A stretch of DNA of 61,104 nucleotides from Candidatus Woesebacteria bacterium (GCA_027347685.1 DAIEQM010000044.1:1-61104), one strand, 5' to 3'; shown: positions 31,784-40,393, numbered from the stretch's first letter. The notes: generated from the letters alone by a model not told the origin. A program made the numbers and translations.

Positions 31784-33169
31784 TTATTGTTTGAGCGAAC
31801 TATTTAAATAGATACCAGAAATAAGGAGTGCAATACCTGTTGAAATAAAGGCGAGCGTTGCAAACGGACTTCCTGCAACAGGAAGAGCTGAAGGTGTTGC
31901 TGTTTTAACAGGAGCAATGGTTGGTGAGGCACTTGCTGTTGGAATAGCTGTCGGCTTCACTGTCGGTGCAAGTGTTGGGGCAACTGTTGGTGCGATCGTA
32001 GGTGCAACGGTAGGCTTTGCTGTTGGTTTTGCAGTAGGCGCAAGAGTTCCAGATGGGGTGGATACAAATGCCGGTTCCTGGGCATTTGCAACAATGGTAA
32101 ATGTTTTGGTAATTGTTTGCAGAACTCCTTGAGCATTTTTCCAGGTAATGGTGAGCGTATGTGAACCTTCTTCAAGATTTGTGGGAGGGCTCCATTTCCA
32201 CGATCCGTCTGACGCGACTGTTACGTTTTGCGTAATAGGTGTGGATGAATGAACCGTTACCGTAATACTGGTGTTTTTAGGGCCATCTCCAAAAAACTCT
32301 GGAGTTGTTGTGTATATCGTTTCACCATTGTCGATACTTTTCACTGTCACAGTGCTTGAAGCAGGGAGTGGTGTTGCCGATGTGTTTAAATCAAAACGAG
32401 ACTTTGTTTCAGTGGTCGTGTTTGAGTTTGGCAAAATAACAGAAGATTGTGGGTCATTTGTCGTAGTCGTTTGGGTACTCGTTCTAAAATCATATGTTTT
32501 ACCCAAGGTGATAGAAGGAACCGGATTAGCTGAACCTAAATATACTTGTGCGGTAGCAACTCCAGTAGTTCCTGCTTGAACAAAAATAGTAAGAAGCGTG
32601 TCTTTTGCACTTTCTGCTACAGGGAGCGCGAGTATCCAGTTTCCTGAAGAAGAGGTGATCGTAGATTGCTCTGTCATTCCAGGCGCGTCTATATACACGA
32701 TAGCGTCAGAGGCGGGAAGCCCAGTCGGCAGGAGAATAGTTCCTGATACATGCGAGACGTCTGCAGAAATGGAAGGAGCAGTGGTGGTGTTCCACGGAAT
32801 GCCATTATTGGTAACATCAGTTCCCCCAGAATTAATTGTGAAATAGTATGCTTTGTTTTTCGTTAGGTTCCGAACTGTTGCAGAATGGGTAAGGCTCGTT
32901 TTTGCAGCTCCTCCTTCAGGTGTTACTGTCTGACCAAGGTTTGAAGTCTCTCCCCATTTCACAAGCCCAGTTGTTTGTTTGTCGGTAACCCAATTTACGG
33001 TAAAGGAACCATCGGTAATATTAGTAATTCGAACATCTTTCGGAGTAGTGTCAGGGCTTGCTCCGAGTTTGAAGATCGTATCTTTGTTTACCAATACCAC
33101 ACCACCAGCAAGACCAAAGACTAAAACAATTACTCCAATGAGGGTTGGTATTTTTTTGTTGTTATTCAT
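31784..33169 (-). CDS. Multi-domain surface protein (FN3-like, CarboxypepD_reg-like, Ig-like) with Ala/Pro/Thr linker and LPVAG-plus-TM sorting-like signal
   Basis: Signal anchor. FN3-like segment PKDVRITNITDGSFTVNWVTDKQTTGLVKWG...YYFTI. Ig-like segment TVTVHSS...SDGSWKWSP...GSHTLTITW. Linker APTAKPTAKPTVAPTIAPTVAPTLAPTVKPT. C-terminus is LPVAG plus a hydrophobic helix and Lys. Confidence 0.7.
   Translation of the reverse strand: MNNNKKIPTLIGVIVLVFGLAGGVVLVNKDTIFKLGASPDTTPKDVRITNITDGSFTVNWVTDKQTTGLVKWGETSNLGQTVTPEGGAAKTSLTHSATVRNLTKNKAYYFTINSGGTDVTNNGIPWNTTTAPSISADVSHVSGTILLPTGLPASDAIVYIDAPGMTEQSTITSSSGNWILALPVAESAKDTLLTIFVQAGTTGVATAQVYLGSANPVPSITLGKTYDFRTSTQTTTTNDPQSSVILPNSNTTTETKSRFDLNTSATPLPASSTVTVKSIDNGETIYTTTPEFFGDGPKNTSITVTVHSSTPITQNVTVASDGSWKWSPPTNLEEGSHTLTITWKNAQGVLQTITKTFTIVANAQEPAFVSTPSGTLAPTAKPTAKPTVAPTIAPTVAPTLAPTVKPTAIPTASASPTIAPVKTATPSALPVAGSPFATLAFISTGIALLISGIYLNSSLKQ
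31886..32044 (-). repeat. Degenerate short tandem repeat encoding an (A/V/K)PT(x) linker
   Basis: The plus strand shows reiterated ggtg/ctgt-tgg-type units. The protein is LAPTAKPTAKPTVAPTIAPTVAPTLAPTVKPTAIPTASASPTIAP. Confidence 0.6.
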
Positions 33170-33174
33170 ATATA

Positions 33175-33390
33175 TTATTGTCCTCCTTCAAAATATACCC
33201 TATTTGTAAGCTTGTCTAAAAGGGCCGCATCGAGATGTGGATCAACTGGTGCCAGTATTTCAGCTGAAACAGAGGGGGCTGGCTTTTCAGTAAACGCTCG
33301 ATATACATCAAAACTAATCCAAACAAACGACGTAATGAGTGTTAGAATCGCGAATTTTACGAGAAATGGTGCTTGTTTTTTTGATTTCAT
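33175..33390 (-). CDS. Small bitopic membrane protein (hypothetical)
   Basis: 71 aa from MKSKKQAPFLVKFAILTLITSFVWISF. Start trimmed to ATG 33390, which abuts the upstream stop. Confidence 0.45.
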   Translation of the reverse strand: MKSKKQAPFLVKFAILTLITSFVWISFDVYRAFTEKPAPSVSAEILAPVDPHLDAALLDKLTNRVYFEGGQ

Positions 33391-34028
33391 GGTGTGGGTG
33401 TAACTGGAACAATTGGCCAATAAGGAATTTCTCCAGAAACAGACAAGTACAGTTGTGATGAACCCGTGTTTGATTCGTCGATCGAAAGTGCGCTGGTCAA
33501 AACGCCTATCGGTCTTCTCAGATTTTCAATATCTTTTAACGTTGCCAATAGATTTGAATAGGCACCATTAAACGTAACACTAAATGGTATTTTTTGCTCG
33601 GCATCACCCACTCCTGCCGCCACAACGTCAATGGGAATATTTCCCGTGCTCATGGTAAAGATGGTGACATTGTGTGCCGATGAGATAACTTCAATTTGCT
33701 TAACATATGAACCAATTGTTGGTTCTGAGGGAATTGCCGTATCAAGAAGCGCAATTTTGTCGCTGTTTTGGGTAAAAAGATCTTGTGCGGAAATGAGGTT
33801 TGCTATCTTTGTATCCATGGTACTAATCGTCTGCTTTTTCTCAGAAATTTCAGTAGTAAGTCCGCCAATTGTGATGAGTGTTGGACGGATTGCAAAAACG
33901 CTAAACAGAAAAACAGCGGCTGAGGTGAGAAGCATTTCGATAAACATGCGAATATCGGATCTATCACGATAGGTCGTTGCAAGTTGGGCGATATATTTTC
34001 GATAGAGTTGGGTGTTTGACTGTCTCAT
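33387..34028 (-). CDS. PilO-like bitopic membrane protein
   Basis: Cytoplasmic N-terminus, one TM helix (LLTSAAVFLFSVFAI), a coiled-coil segment and a C-terminal alpha/beta region. Positioned directly after the PilN-like gene. Confidence 0.5.
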   Translation of the reverse strand: MRQSNTQLYRKYIAQLATTYRDRSDIRMFIEMLLTSAAVFLFSVFAIRPTLITIGGLTTEISEKKQTISTMDTKIANLISAQDLFTQNSDKIALLDTAIPSEPTIGSYVKQIEVISSAHNVTIFTMSTGNIPIDVVAAGVGDAEQKIPFSVTFNGAYSNLLATLKDIENLRRPIGVLTSALSIDESNTGSSQLYLSVSGEIPYWPIVPVTPTP

Positions 34029-34032
34029 GACA

Positions 34033-34581
34033 TTAATTTAGATTGACACGTAAAATTGCTTGAATTAATTCGCTGTTTGGTACTGCCTCAACACTGACCA
34101 CGTTCATTTGTGTAAAAGGAGTTTCTTTTTTGAGTCGTGTTACAAACGAAAGTATGTTTTGCTCGTTTTTGCCAACGACAAGAACAGAAAAATCTGTCGC
34201 GCTGTAATCTATTTTAGTCAGTTGCAAGTCTGAAGAGAGGTTTTTTGTGACAAGTGAAACATAGTCACTAAATGGAGTTTTACTGTAGGCATAGGTATTA
34301 AATGTTGCGAGTCGTGCTTGTGCTCTCTTAAAATCATGTTCAAAAGGCAAATAACTTTGAATAAGCGCTTTCTTTTGATTTATCTCATCCGTTAAGTCTG
34401 CATTTTTACTATCAAGGAAGAATCGAGACAAGAATCCCACAATAACCACTAATTCAACCGTAACTACTAAAAACCTGAAACTCCCCAGAAGCCACGTAAT
34501 AATACGGTTTTTAAGAGAAGCATCTGCTTCATCAGTCGGAAGCAAATTTATGGCTGGTGTTTTTCGCTTTAGGGCAGGCAT
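34033..34581 (-). CDS. PilN-like bitopic membrane protein
   Basis: N-terminal INLLP motif (KTPAINLLPTDE), one TM helix, then a coiled coil. This is the PilN family layout. Confidence 0.6.
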   Translation of the reverse strand: MPALKRKTPAINLLPTDEADASLKNRIITWLLGSFRFLVVTVELVVIVGFLSRFFLDSKNADLTDEINQKKALIQSYLPFEHDFKRAQARLATFNTYAYSKTPFSDYVSLVTKNLSSDLQLTKIDYSATDFSVLVVGKNEQNILSFVTRLKKETPFTQMNVVSVEAVPNSELIQAILRVNLN

Positions 34582-34603
34582 AGAAAGGGTACAGGACTAT
34601 TTC

Positions 34604-34612
34604 ATCATAGCA
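34604..34612 (-). promoter_or_regulatory. Extended -10 TGcTATGAT upstream of the PilN-like operon
   Basis: The minus strand reads TGcTATGAT, 22 nt upstream of ATG 34581. Confidence 0.4.
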
Positions 34613-34651
34613 AAAAAACGAAGCGTGTGAACAGTAATGAAATTAACGGAG

Positions 34652-34894
34652 TTATGCCTTCGAAGAAAGAAGCTTTGAAAATGCACTTTTGATGTGTGCC
34701 GCCTTGTTTGCATGAATTATTTTATTTTTCTTAGCACGGTCTGTAAGAGAAAACACTACTGAAACATTTTTCAAAGTTGGCGACTTTTTAGCTGTTTTTT
34801 GTGCAATCTCGATTCGTTTTTTGAGAGTTTCATTAACGGTAAGTTTCCGTGCTGAAACGCGGAGTGCTCTTTTTGCTGTTTTTGTTACTGGCAT
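34652..34894 (-). CDS. rpsT: 30S ribosomal protein S20
   Basis: MPVTKTAKRALRVSARKLTVNE...HANKAAHIKS. Start trimmed to ATG 34894. Confidence 0.9.
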   Translation of the reverse strand: MPVTKTAKRALRVSARKLTVNETLKKRIEIAQKTAKKSPTLKNVSVVFSLTDRAKKNKIIHANKAAHIKSAFSKLLSSKA

Positions 34895-34900
34895 AATTAG

Positions 34901-34906
34901 ATTGTA
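34901..34906 (-). promoter_or_regulatory. -10 TACAAT, 6 nt upstream of the rpsT ATG (leaderless-type)
   Basis: The minus strand reads TACAATctaattATG. Confidence 0.45.
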
Positions 34907-35010
34907 ATTGGGTTTAATGGTAATTGCGAATAAACGCATTTTCCACATGCAAGTATACAGCGGTGCAGGTAGAATATCAATAATCGGCTGAACTCTTATG
35001 AGTAACATCT

Positions 35011-36708
35011 ATGAATAACATCTTCTACAAAAGCAAAAAAATACTGTTCGAACCACAAAGCACCGTTCTGTCTGGAGCAATTGTAATTATGGGCATGGTT
35101 ATTTTGTCTCAAATTCTTGGGCTTATTCGCCAGCGCGTTATACTGTCTTTCTTTGACCAACAAGATTATGCGTTGTTTCTCGCCGCGTTTAGACTTCCAG
35201 ACCTCGTCTTTGAAGTTTTGGCGTTAGGTGCTTTTTCTTCAGCCTTCATTCCTGTCTTTGGAAGAGAACTTAAAAAGGATGAACGGGAGGCGTGGGACAT
35301 TGCAACCCGCGTGGTGAACCTTGGAGTACTGATCTTTTTACCCGTAGCGATTCTTTTCGCCATTTTCTCAAATCAACTCTATTCAGTTATTGTCCCTGGT
35401 TTTTCTCCAGAACAAATTACAAAAGCAGCCGGGCTTGCTCGAATACTCTTTGCGGCTCAAGGAGTATTTGTCGTGAGTTATGTAATTAATGGAGTACTCG
35501 AAAGCTCTCGTAGATTTTTTGTAACAGCACTCGCTCCACTTGTTTACAATATTGGCATCATTCTATGTACCGTGTTTTTGTCTCCGTCGATTGGTTTGTG
35601 GGCGCCGGCAATTGGTGTTTTGGTAGGTGCTTTTGGGCACTTACTCGTACAGCTTCCACTTGCTATGACCCTTGGCTTTCGGTTTACCAGACGAGTAAAA
35701 CCAACAGCTGAAGTTAAAAAGGTCGGGAAACTGGCAGCCCCTCGAGTTCTCGAGCTTTCAATACTTCAAATTTTAAAAACAGTCGAACTTTCATTTGCGT
35801 CCCTCATGTCTGTTGCATCTTACGGCTTTTTAAGCCTGGCAAGCTCACTGCAAGCAGTGCCGATAAACTTGTTTGGTATTTCGCTTGCAAAAGCTGCCCT
35901 CCCTGCCCTTACCCGGGTATCTGACGATCCAGCCGCATATAAGAAAATTCTCTTAACAACGCTCTATCAGATGATGTTTTTCATTATTCCCGTTTCAACG
36001 CTTCTTGTTGTCTTACGGGTTCCGATTGTTCGACTTGCCTACGGAACAAACCTTTTTGATTGGGATGCGACGGTGACAACAGGGCTCGTTTTAAGCGGGT
36101 TTGCCATTGGAATTCCAATTCAAGCGGCACTCGCACTTATTTCACGCGCCTATTACGCTCTTCATGACACGCGAACTCCGGTAGCCTTTGCGATTTTTGA
36201 CGTATTTCTGACTATTGGTATTGAAGTGCTCTGCGTATTTGTCTTCAAACTTCCCGTGTGGTCATTGGCGGTTGCCAACAGTATTTCAGGCTTCGTTCAA
36301 ATAAGTTTGCTTTATTATGTTTTAAGTCGAAAACTTCACAATGGAACGCTGTTCTCTATTACTCCCATTATTAAGAGTGTTGTGGGTGGAGTGTCTTCGG
36401 GCCTCGTGATGTTTGCTCTTCTCAAGACCTTTGATAAGTCGGCATGGGTGAAACGTTTGTCTTTTATCAATAATATTGACGCTTTGAAGAATTTGAACTT
36501 CGAACATTTTGTACTGGATACGCGCTACACCTTTAACCTTATTGTGCTGACGGGAATTACTGCTTTGATAGGGATTATCGTCTATCTAGTGGTTTTGTGG
36601 GCACTACAGTCGGACGAGCTTTCGGTATTTATTAAATTAATCAGATCACGTGCCTTTAAGGAACTTGAAAAAGAAGAAGAACCGATTACGACACCACAAA
36701 TGGACTGA
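35011..36708 (+). CDS. murJ: Lipid II flippase MurJ/MviN
   Basis: LGLIRQRVILSFFDQQDYALFLAAFRLPDLVFEVLALGAFSSAFIPVF with about 14 TM helices. Confidence 0.85.
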   Translation: MNNIFYKSKKILFEPQSTVLSGAIVIMGMVILSQILGLIRQRVILSFFDQQDYALFLAAFRLPDLVFEVLALGAFSSAFIPVFGRELKKDEREAWDIATRVVNLGVLIFLPVAILFAIFSNQLYSVIVPGFSPEQITKAAGLARILFAAQGVFVVSYVINGVLESSRRFFVTALAPLVYNIGIILCTVFLSPSIGLWAPAIGVLVGAFGHLLVQLPLAMTLGFRFTRRVKPTAEVKKVGKLAAPRVLELSILQILKTVELSFASLMSVASYGFLSLASSLQAVPINLFGISLAKAALPALTRVSDDPAAYKKILLTTLYQMMFFIIPVSTLLVVLRVPIVRLAYGTNLFDWDATVTTGLVLSGFAIGIPIQAALALISRAYYALHDTRTPVAFAIFDVFLTIGIEVLCVFVFKLPVWSLAVANSISGFVQISLLYYVLSRKLHNGTLFSITPIIKSVVGGVSSGLVMFALLKTFDKSAWVKRLSFINNIDALKNLNFEHFVLDTRYTFNLIVLTGITALIGIIVYLVVLWALQSDELSVFIKLIRSRAFKELEKEEEPITTPQMD

Positions 36709-36730
36709 TTCTCAGGATAGCTGACACCTC

Positions 36731-36767
36731 TTGACAACCATTAGCACTCATACTATTCTAGTGCTAG
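36731..36767 (+). promoter_or_regulatory. hrcA promoter (TTGACA-17-TATTCT) overlapping a CIRCE operator
   Basis: TTAGCACTC-atactattc-TAGTGCTAG (36741-36767) versus consensus TTAGCACTC-N9-GAGTGCTAA. -35 at 36731-36736. Confidence 0.8.
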
Positions 36768-36769
36768 TT

Positions 36770-37501
36770 ATGCAACCACTTACTGCTCGTCAGACACAGC
36801 TACTGAAAGCGCTTATTGACGAATACTTATCAACTGCCGAGCCTGTCGGCTCCCTCGTTTTGGAGAAAAAATATAACTTAGGTGTGTCACCTGCCACTAT
36901 CCGAAATGAAATGTCGACCTTAACTACCATGGGATACCTCAAGCAGCCCCACACGTCAGCAGGTCGAGTACCCACGCCCGTTGCCATGAAGTTTTATATT
37001 AGTCAGCTGATGGATGAAAAAGCCATGAGTATTACTGATGAAGTGCGCGCCAAAGAAAATATCCGCGTTGCACAAACAAATGTAGACCGGCTTATGAATG
37101 AAGTGACTCACTTGCTCTCCGAAAATACTGGGTCCCTTGCCGTTGCCTCAACCGAAGACGGCTCAATCTGGAGTCACGGATTTTCTCACGTGTTTGAAAG
37201 CCCTGAATTTTTGGACCACCAAGTATGCCAAAGCGTTTTTTCAATGATTGAAGAAGTAAACCAACTGCATGAATTGTTTTTCCATCGGCTAACTGGACTT
37301 ACTCCTATTGAAGTCCTCTTTGGAGAAGAGCTTGGATATGCTTTTTTTGAACCAGTTGGCATTGTGGCAAGTCGTTTTAAGGCAAATGGACGCGAATATG
37401 CTCTTGGCGTGATTGGGCCATTTAGGCTAAACTATGCTCGAGTGATTCCGACGGTTCGCTATTATGGAGAACTCATGCAAAACACGTTAAATAATGGATA
37501 A
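36770..37501 (+). CDS. hrcA: Heat-inducible repressor HrcA (short, 243 aa)
   Basis: LTARQTQLLKALIDEYLSTAEPVGS...SPATIRNEMSTLTTMGYLKQPHTSAGRVPT. Start is at ATG 36770 because 36731-36767 is the promoter/CIRCE. Confidence 0.8.
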   Translation: MQPLTARQTQLLKALIDEYLSTAEPVGSLVLEKKYNLGVSPATIRNEMSTLTTMGYLKQPHTSAGRVPTPVAMKFYISQLMDEKAMSITDEVRAKENIRVAQTNVDRLMNEVTHLLSENTGSLAVASTEDGSIWSHGFSHVFESPEFLDHQVCQSVFSMIEEVNQLHELFFHRLTGLTPIEVLFGEELGYAFFEPVGIVASRFKANGREYALGVIGPFRLNYARVIPTVRYYGELMQNTLNNG

Positions 37502-37973
37502 CAACATCGCAAAACCAAAAAAAACAAAAAAACATGAAACTGGAGACGTTCAGTCTGTTGAGATAGAACAATTAAAAGAGCAACTGGCTCGAACACTCGC
37601 AGATTATTCTAATCTAACAAAGCGCGTAGAGCGAGAACGAATTGAGGGAAAGTATCTTTCAAAGTTGGTTGTTGTGTCGAGACTGCTTCCTGTCTTTGAT
37701 ATGTTTGTTGACGCACAAAAACACAGTAATGACGCAGGCCTTGGAATTGCACTAAAAGTATTGTTCGACACATTAAAGGAAGAAGGAATTGACGAAATTG
37801 AAGTTCACGAAGGCGATGCCTTTAATCATGAACTTCATGAAGCAATCGACACGATCGAAAACACAGAAAAGGAAGACAATACAATTGCAGAAGTTTTAAT
37901 GAAGGGGTATAAGTTTACTGATGGGCCAGTGATTCGACACGCTAAGGTAAAAGTATACACGAGTAAAAAATGA
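37494..37973 (+). CDS. grpE: Nucleotide exchange factor GrpE
   Basis: Coiled-coil N-terminus and a C-terminal beta domain (FNHELHEAI...GYKFTDGPVIRHAKVKV). Overlaps the hrcA stop. Confidence 0.9.
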   Translation: MDNNIAKPKKTKKHETGDVQSVEIEQLKEQLARTLADYSNLTKRVERERIEGKYLSKLVVVSRLLPVFDMFVDAQKHSNDAGLGIALKVLFDTLKEEGIDEIEVHEGDAFNHELHEAIDTIENTEKEDNTIAEVLMKGYKFTDGPVIRHAKVKVYTSKK

Positions 37974-37976
37974 CTC

Positions 37977-38013
37977 TTGACAACGCATTAGCACTCGCGT
38001 TACATTAGTGCTA
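37977..38013 (+). promoter_or_regulatory. dnaK promoter (TTGACA-17-TACATT) overlapping a second CIRCE operator
   Basis: TTAGCACTC-gcgttacat-TAGTGCTAA (37987-38013). The module CTCTTGACAAC..ATTAGCACTC is nearly identical to the hrcA one. Confidence 0.8.
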
Positions 38014-38027
38014 ACACCAAAACACAT

Positions 38028-39926
38028 ATGGGAAAAATAATTGGAATCGACTTAGGTACTACAAACAGCTGTGTGGCAGTTATGGAGGGTGGATCGCCCA
38101 AAGTAATTCCGTCAGCTGATACCGGACGCAATACCACTCCTTCAGTGGTTGAACCAGTCAAAAATTTGATTGGGGACGTTGCAAAACGTCAAATGGTCTT
38201 AAACCCCAAGAACACCGTGTATTCGGCTAAACGCCTTATGGGCCGACGAGTCGATGACAGTGAAGTAAAGCGAACCCGTGACATGGTGCCATTTGAAATT
38301 ACTTCAAAAGATGGCATGGCTGCGATTTCGGTTGAAGGTAAAACATATACGCCTCAAGAAATTGGCGCTCGTGTGCTCATGAAGCTCAAAAAAGATGCGG
38401 AGAGTTATTTGGGTGAAACCGTCACTCAAGCAGTTATTACCGTACCGGCATATTTTGACGACGCTCAGCGCCAAGCAACAAAGCAAGCCGGAGAAATCGC
38501 AGGGCTTAAGGTTGAACGCATTATCAATGAACCTACTGCCGCAGCACTTGCCTACGGACTCGATAAAAAGAAACAGGAAAAAATTGCCGTCTATGACCTT
38601 GGTGGAGGAACGTTTGATATTTCAATTTTGGAACTCGGAGATGGTGTGTTTGAAGTGAAAGCTACCAATGGTGATACCCACTTAGGAGGAGATGACTTTG
38701 ATGGCCGAATTGTGGACTACATTTGTGAAGAATTCAAAAAAGATAATGGCGTAGACCTTAAAAAAGACGCACAAGCCTTGCAGCGCGTTCGAGATGCCGC
38801 TGAAAAAGCAAAAATCGAACTTTCGAGTGCCGAGGAAGTTGAAATCAATCAGCCATATATTACGCAAAAAGACGGCAACCCGCTGCACTTAACGATGAAA
38901 ATTAGTCGTGCAAAGCTTGAAGGCATTGTTGCTGATCTTATTGAGAAAACCATGAAGCCAGTTGAGGCTGCACTTAAAGACGCAAAACTGAGTAAAAACG
39001 ATATCAACGAAGTGATCCTCGTCGGAGGAATGACTCGCATGCCAAAAGTTGTGTCAGCTGTTAAAGAATTTTTTGGCAAAGAGCCCAATCGAGGAGTGAA
39101 TCCAGATGAAGTGGTGGCCATTGGAGCAGCCATTCAAGGTGGAGTGTTGGGTGGAGAAGTAAAAGATATTCTCTTACTCGACGTAACACCACTGACCTTG
39201 GCAATCGAAACGATGGGGAATGTGGCAACACCAATGATTGCCCGAAACACGACCGTTCCTGCCTCCAAGACTGAAGTGTTTTCAACCGCGGCAAACAATC
39301 AAACACAGGTTGAAATTCATATTACCCAAGGTGAGCGACCGATGAGTATCGATAACAAAGATCTTGGACGATTTATTTTGGACGGTATTCCACCTGCACC
39401 TCGTGGAGTTCCTCAAATTGAAGTGACCTTTGATATTGATGCAAACGGAATTCTCAAGGTTACCGCAAAAGACAAAGCTACAAACAAAACTCAGCATATT
39501 ACGATTTCTGGCGCAGTTGGGCTTTCAGACGAAGAGGTCAAGAAAATGCAGGAAGATGCTGAAAAGTACAAAGTTGAAGACGAAAAGAAAAAAGAACTTG
39601 TCTCAACGAAAAATGCAGCAGATGCGCTAGTTGCTACCGCTGAAAAGGCGCTTCAGGATGCAGGAGACAAAGTAGACGCAGACACCAAAACTCAGGTTGA
39701 AGAAAAGGTGAAAGCCGTGAAGGAAGTGATGAATTCAGAAAACAAAGAAGAGATTGAGAGTAAAACAAAAGAGCTTTCTGAAACTCTGCAAAAAATTGGA
39801 GAGAAGCTCTACGCAGCAGCAGCCCCCGAGCAGCCAAAAGAAGGTGAAGAAAAGAAAGACGAGTCTTCTGAAGACAAGAAGACTGACGCTCCGGTAGAAG
39901 AAGGGGAAGTCGTCGAAGAAAAATAA
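38028..39926 (+). CDS. dnaK: Chaperone DnaK (Hsp70)
   Basis: [17 protein letters not shown] and [13 protein letters not shown] motifs, with an acidic C-terminal tail. Confidence 0.97.
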   Translation: MGKIIGIDLGTTNSCVAVMEGGSPKVIPSADTGRNTTPSVVEPVKNLIGDVAKRQMVLNPKNTVYSAKRLMGRRVDDSEVKRTRDMVPFEITSKDGMAAISVEGKTYTPQEIGARVLMKLKKDAESYLGETVTQAVITVPAYFDDAQRQATKQAGEIAGLKVERIINEPTAAALAYGLDKKKQEKIAVYDLGGGTFDISILELGDGVFEVKATNGDTHLGGDDFDGRIVDYICEEFKKDNGVDLKKDAQALQRVRDAAEKAKIELSSAEEVEINQPYITQKDGNPLHLTMKISRAKLEGIVADLIEKTMKPVEAALKDAKLSKNDINEVILVGGMTRMPKVVSAVKEFFGKEPNRGVNPDEVVAIGAAIQGGVLGGEVKDILLLDVTPLTLAIETMGNVATPMIARNTTVPASKTEVFSTAANNQTQVEIHITQGERPMSIDNKDLGRFILDGIPPAPRGVPQIEVTFDIDANGILKVTAKDKATNKTQHITISGAVGLSDEEVKKMQEDAEKYKVEDEKKKELVSTKNAADALVATAEKALQDAGDKVDADTKTQVEEKVKAVKEVMNSENKEEIESKTKELSETLQKIGEKLYAAAAPEQPKEGEEKKDESSEDKKTDAPVEEGEVVEEK

Positions 39927-39958
39927 AAAACCCGCTCAACACATGTAAGCGGGTTTTT
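39927..39958. terminator. Bidirectional intrinsic terminator after dnaK
   Basis: AAAAAA-CCCGCT-caacacatgta-AGCGGG-TTTTT. Confidence 0.7.
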
Positions 39959-39974
39959 GTGTTACCACAAACTG

Positions 39975-40112
39975 CTATTTAAATAGTCGAGGATCAATTT
40001 CATAGTCCCCGATTTTTTTATTGCAATGAGGGCAAAAGCCTTTTGCGCGGCCTAAGTCGTGCCACCCCAATTTGCAGGTAATTGCCCAAAACAAACGGGT
40101 TAAGCTCAGCAT
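39975..40112 (-). CDS. Micro-ORF, 45 aa (hypothetical, Cys/His-containing)
   Basis: SD AAGGAG lies 8 nt upstream of ATG 40112. Product MLSLTRLFWAITCKLGWHDLGRAKGFCPHCNKKIGDYEIDPRLFK. Ends at the bidirectional dnaK terminator. Below the ORF-track size cut-off. Confidence 0.3.
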   Translation of the reverse strand: MLSLTRLFWAITCKLGWHDLGRAKGFCPHCNKKIGDYEIDPRLFK

Positions 40113-40180
40113 GGTTAGATCTCCTTTGCAAAGAAACAATTCGACTGTATTCTACACCCGTGTTGGTAAAAGTTACACAT

Positions 40181-40205
40181 AAAAAGACCGCCTAGAGCGG
40201 CGGTC
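40181..40205 (-). terminator. Intrinsic terminator of the 26-codon micro-ORF
   Basis: The minus strand reads GACCGCC-gctcta-GGCGGTC followed by TTTTT. The stop codon lies inside the stem-loop. Confidence 0.5.
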
Positions 40206-40272
40206 CTGCTTCGATGATGCATTTGGCTAAAATAAAGAGTAGGGTGATGAATAATGCCAGAGTTGGAACCAT
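40192..40272 (-). CDS. Micro-ORF, 26 aa hydrophobic peptide (hypothetical)
   Basis: SD AAGGAG lies 6 nt upstream of ATG 40272. Product MVPTLALFITLLFILAKCIIEAGPPL, a single TM-like helix. Has its own terminator. Confidence 0.3.
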   Translation of the reverse strand: MVPTLALFITLLFILAKCIIEAGPPL

Positions 40273-40331
40273 TACCTTCTCCTTTTTTGCTTTTGAAAGT
40301 ACATTATATCCCATAATGTAATTATAGTCAA

Positions 40332-40358
40332 TTAGCACCCTTCCGTTCTGAGTGCTGG
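40332..40358 (+). promoter_or_regulatory. Third, degenerate CIRCE-like inverted repeat upstream of dnaJ
   Basis: TTAGCACCC-ttccgttct-GAGTGCTGG. TATAGT at 40323-40328 lies immediately upstream. Confidence 0.6.
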
Positions 40359-40393
40359 AAGCGCTCCCTTCCTCCTGCTACAATATCTTCTGT

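Noticed and set aside
33100-33169. The N-termini KKIPTLIGV (461-aa protein) and NIITSLIIG (449-aa protein) resemble prepilin class III signals (G/FTLIE).
   Set aside because: There is no Gly at -1 and no Glu at +5, so they are more simply ordinary signal anchors. No prepilin peptidase is in the window.
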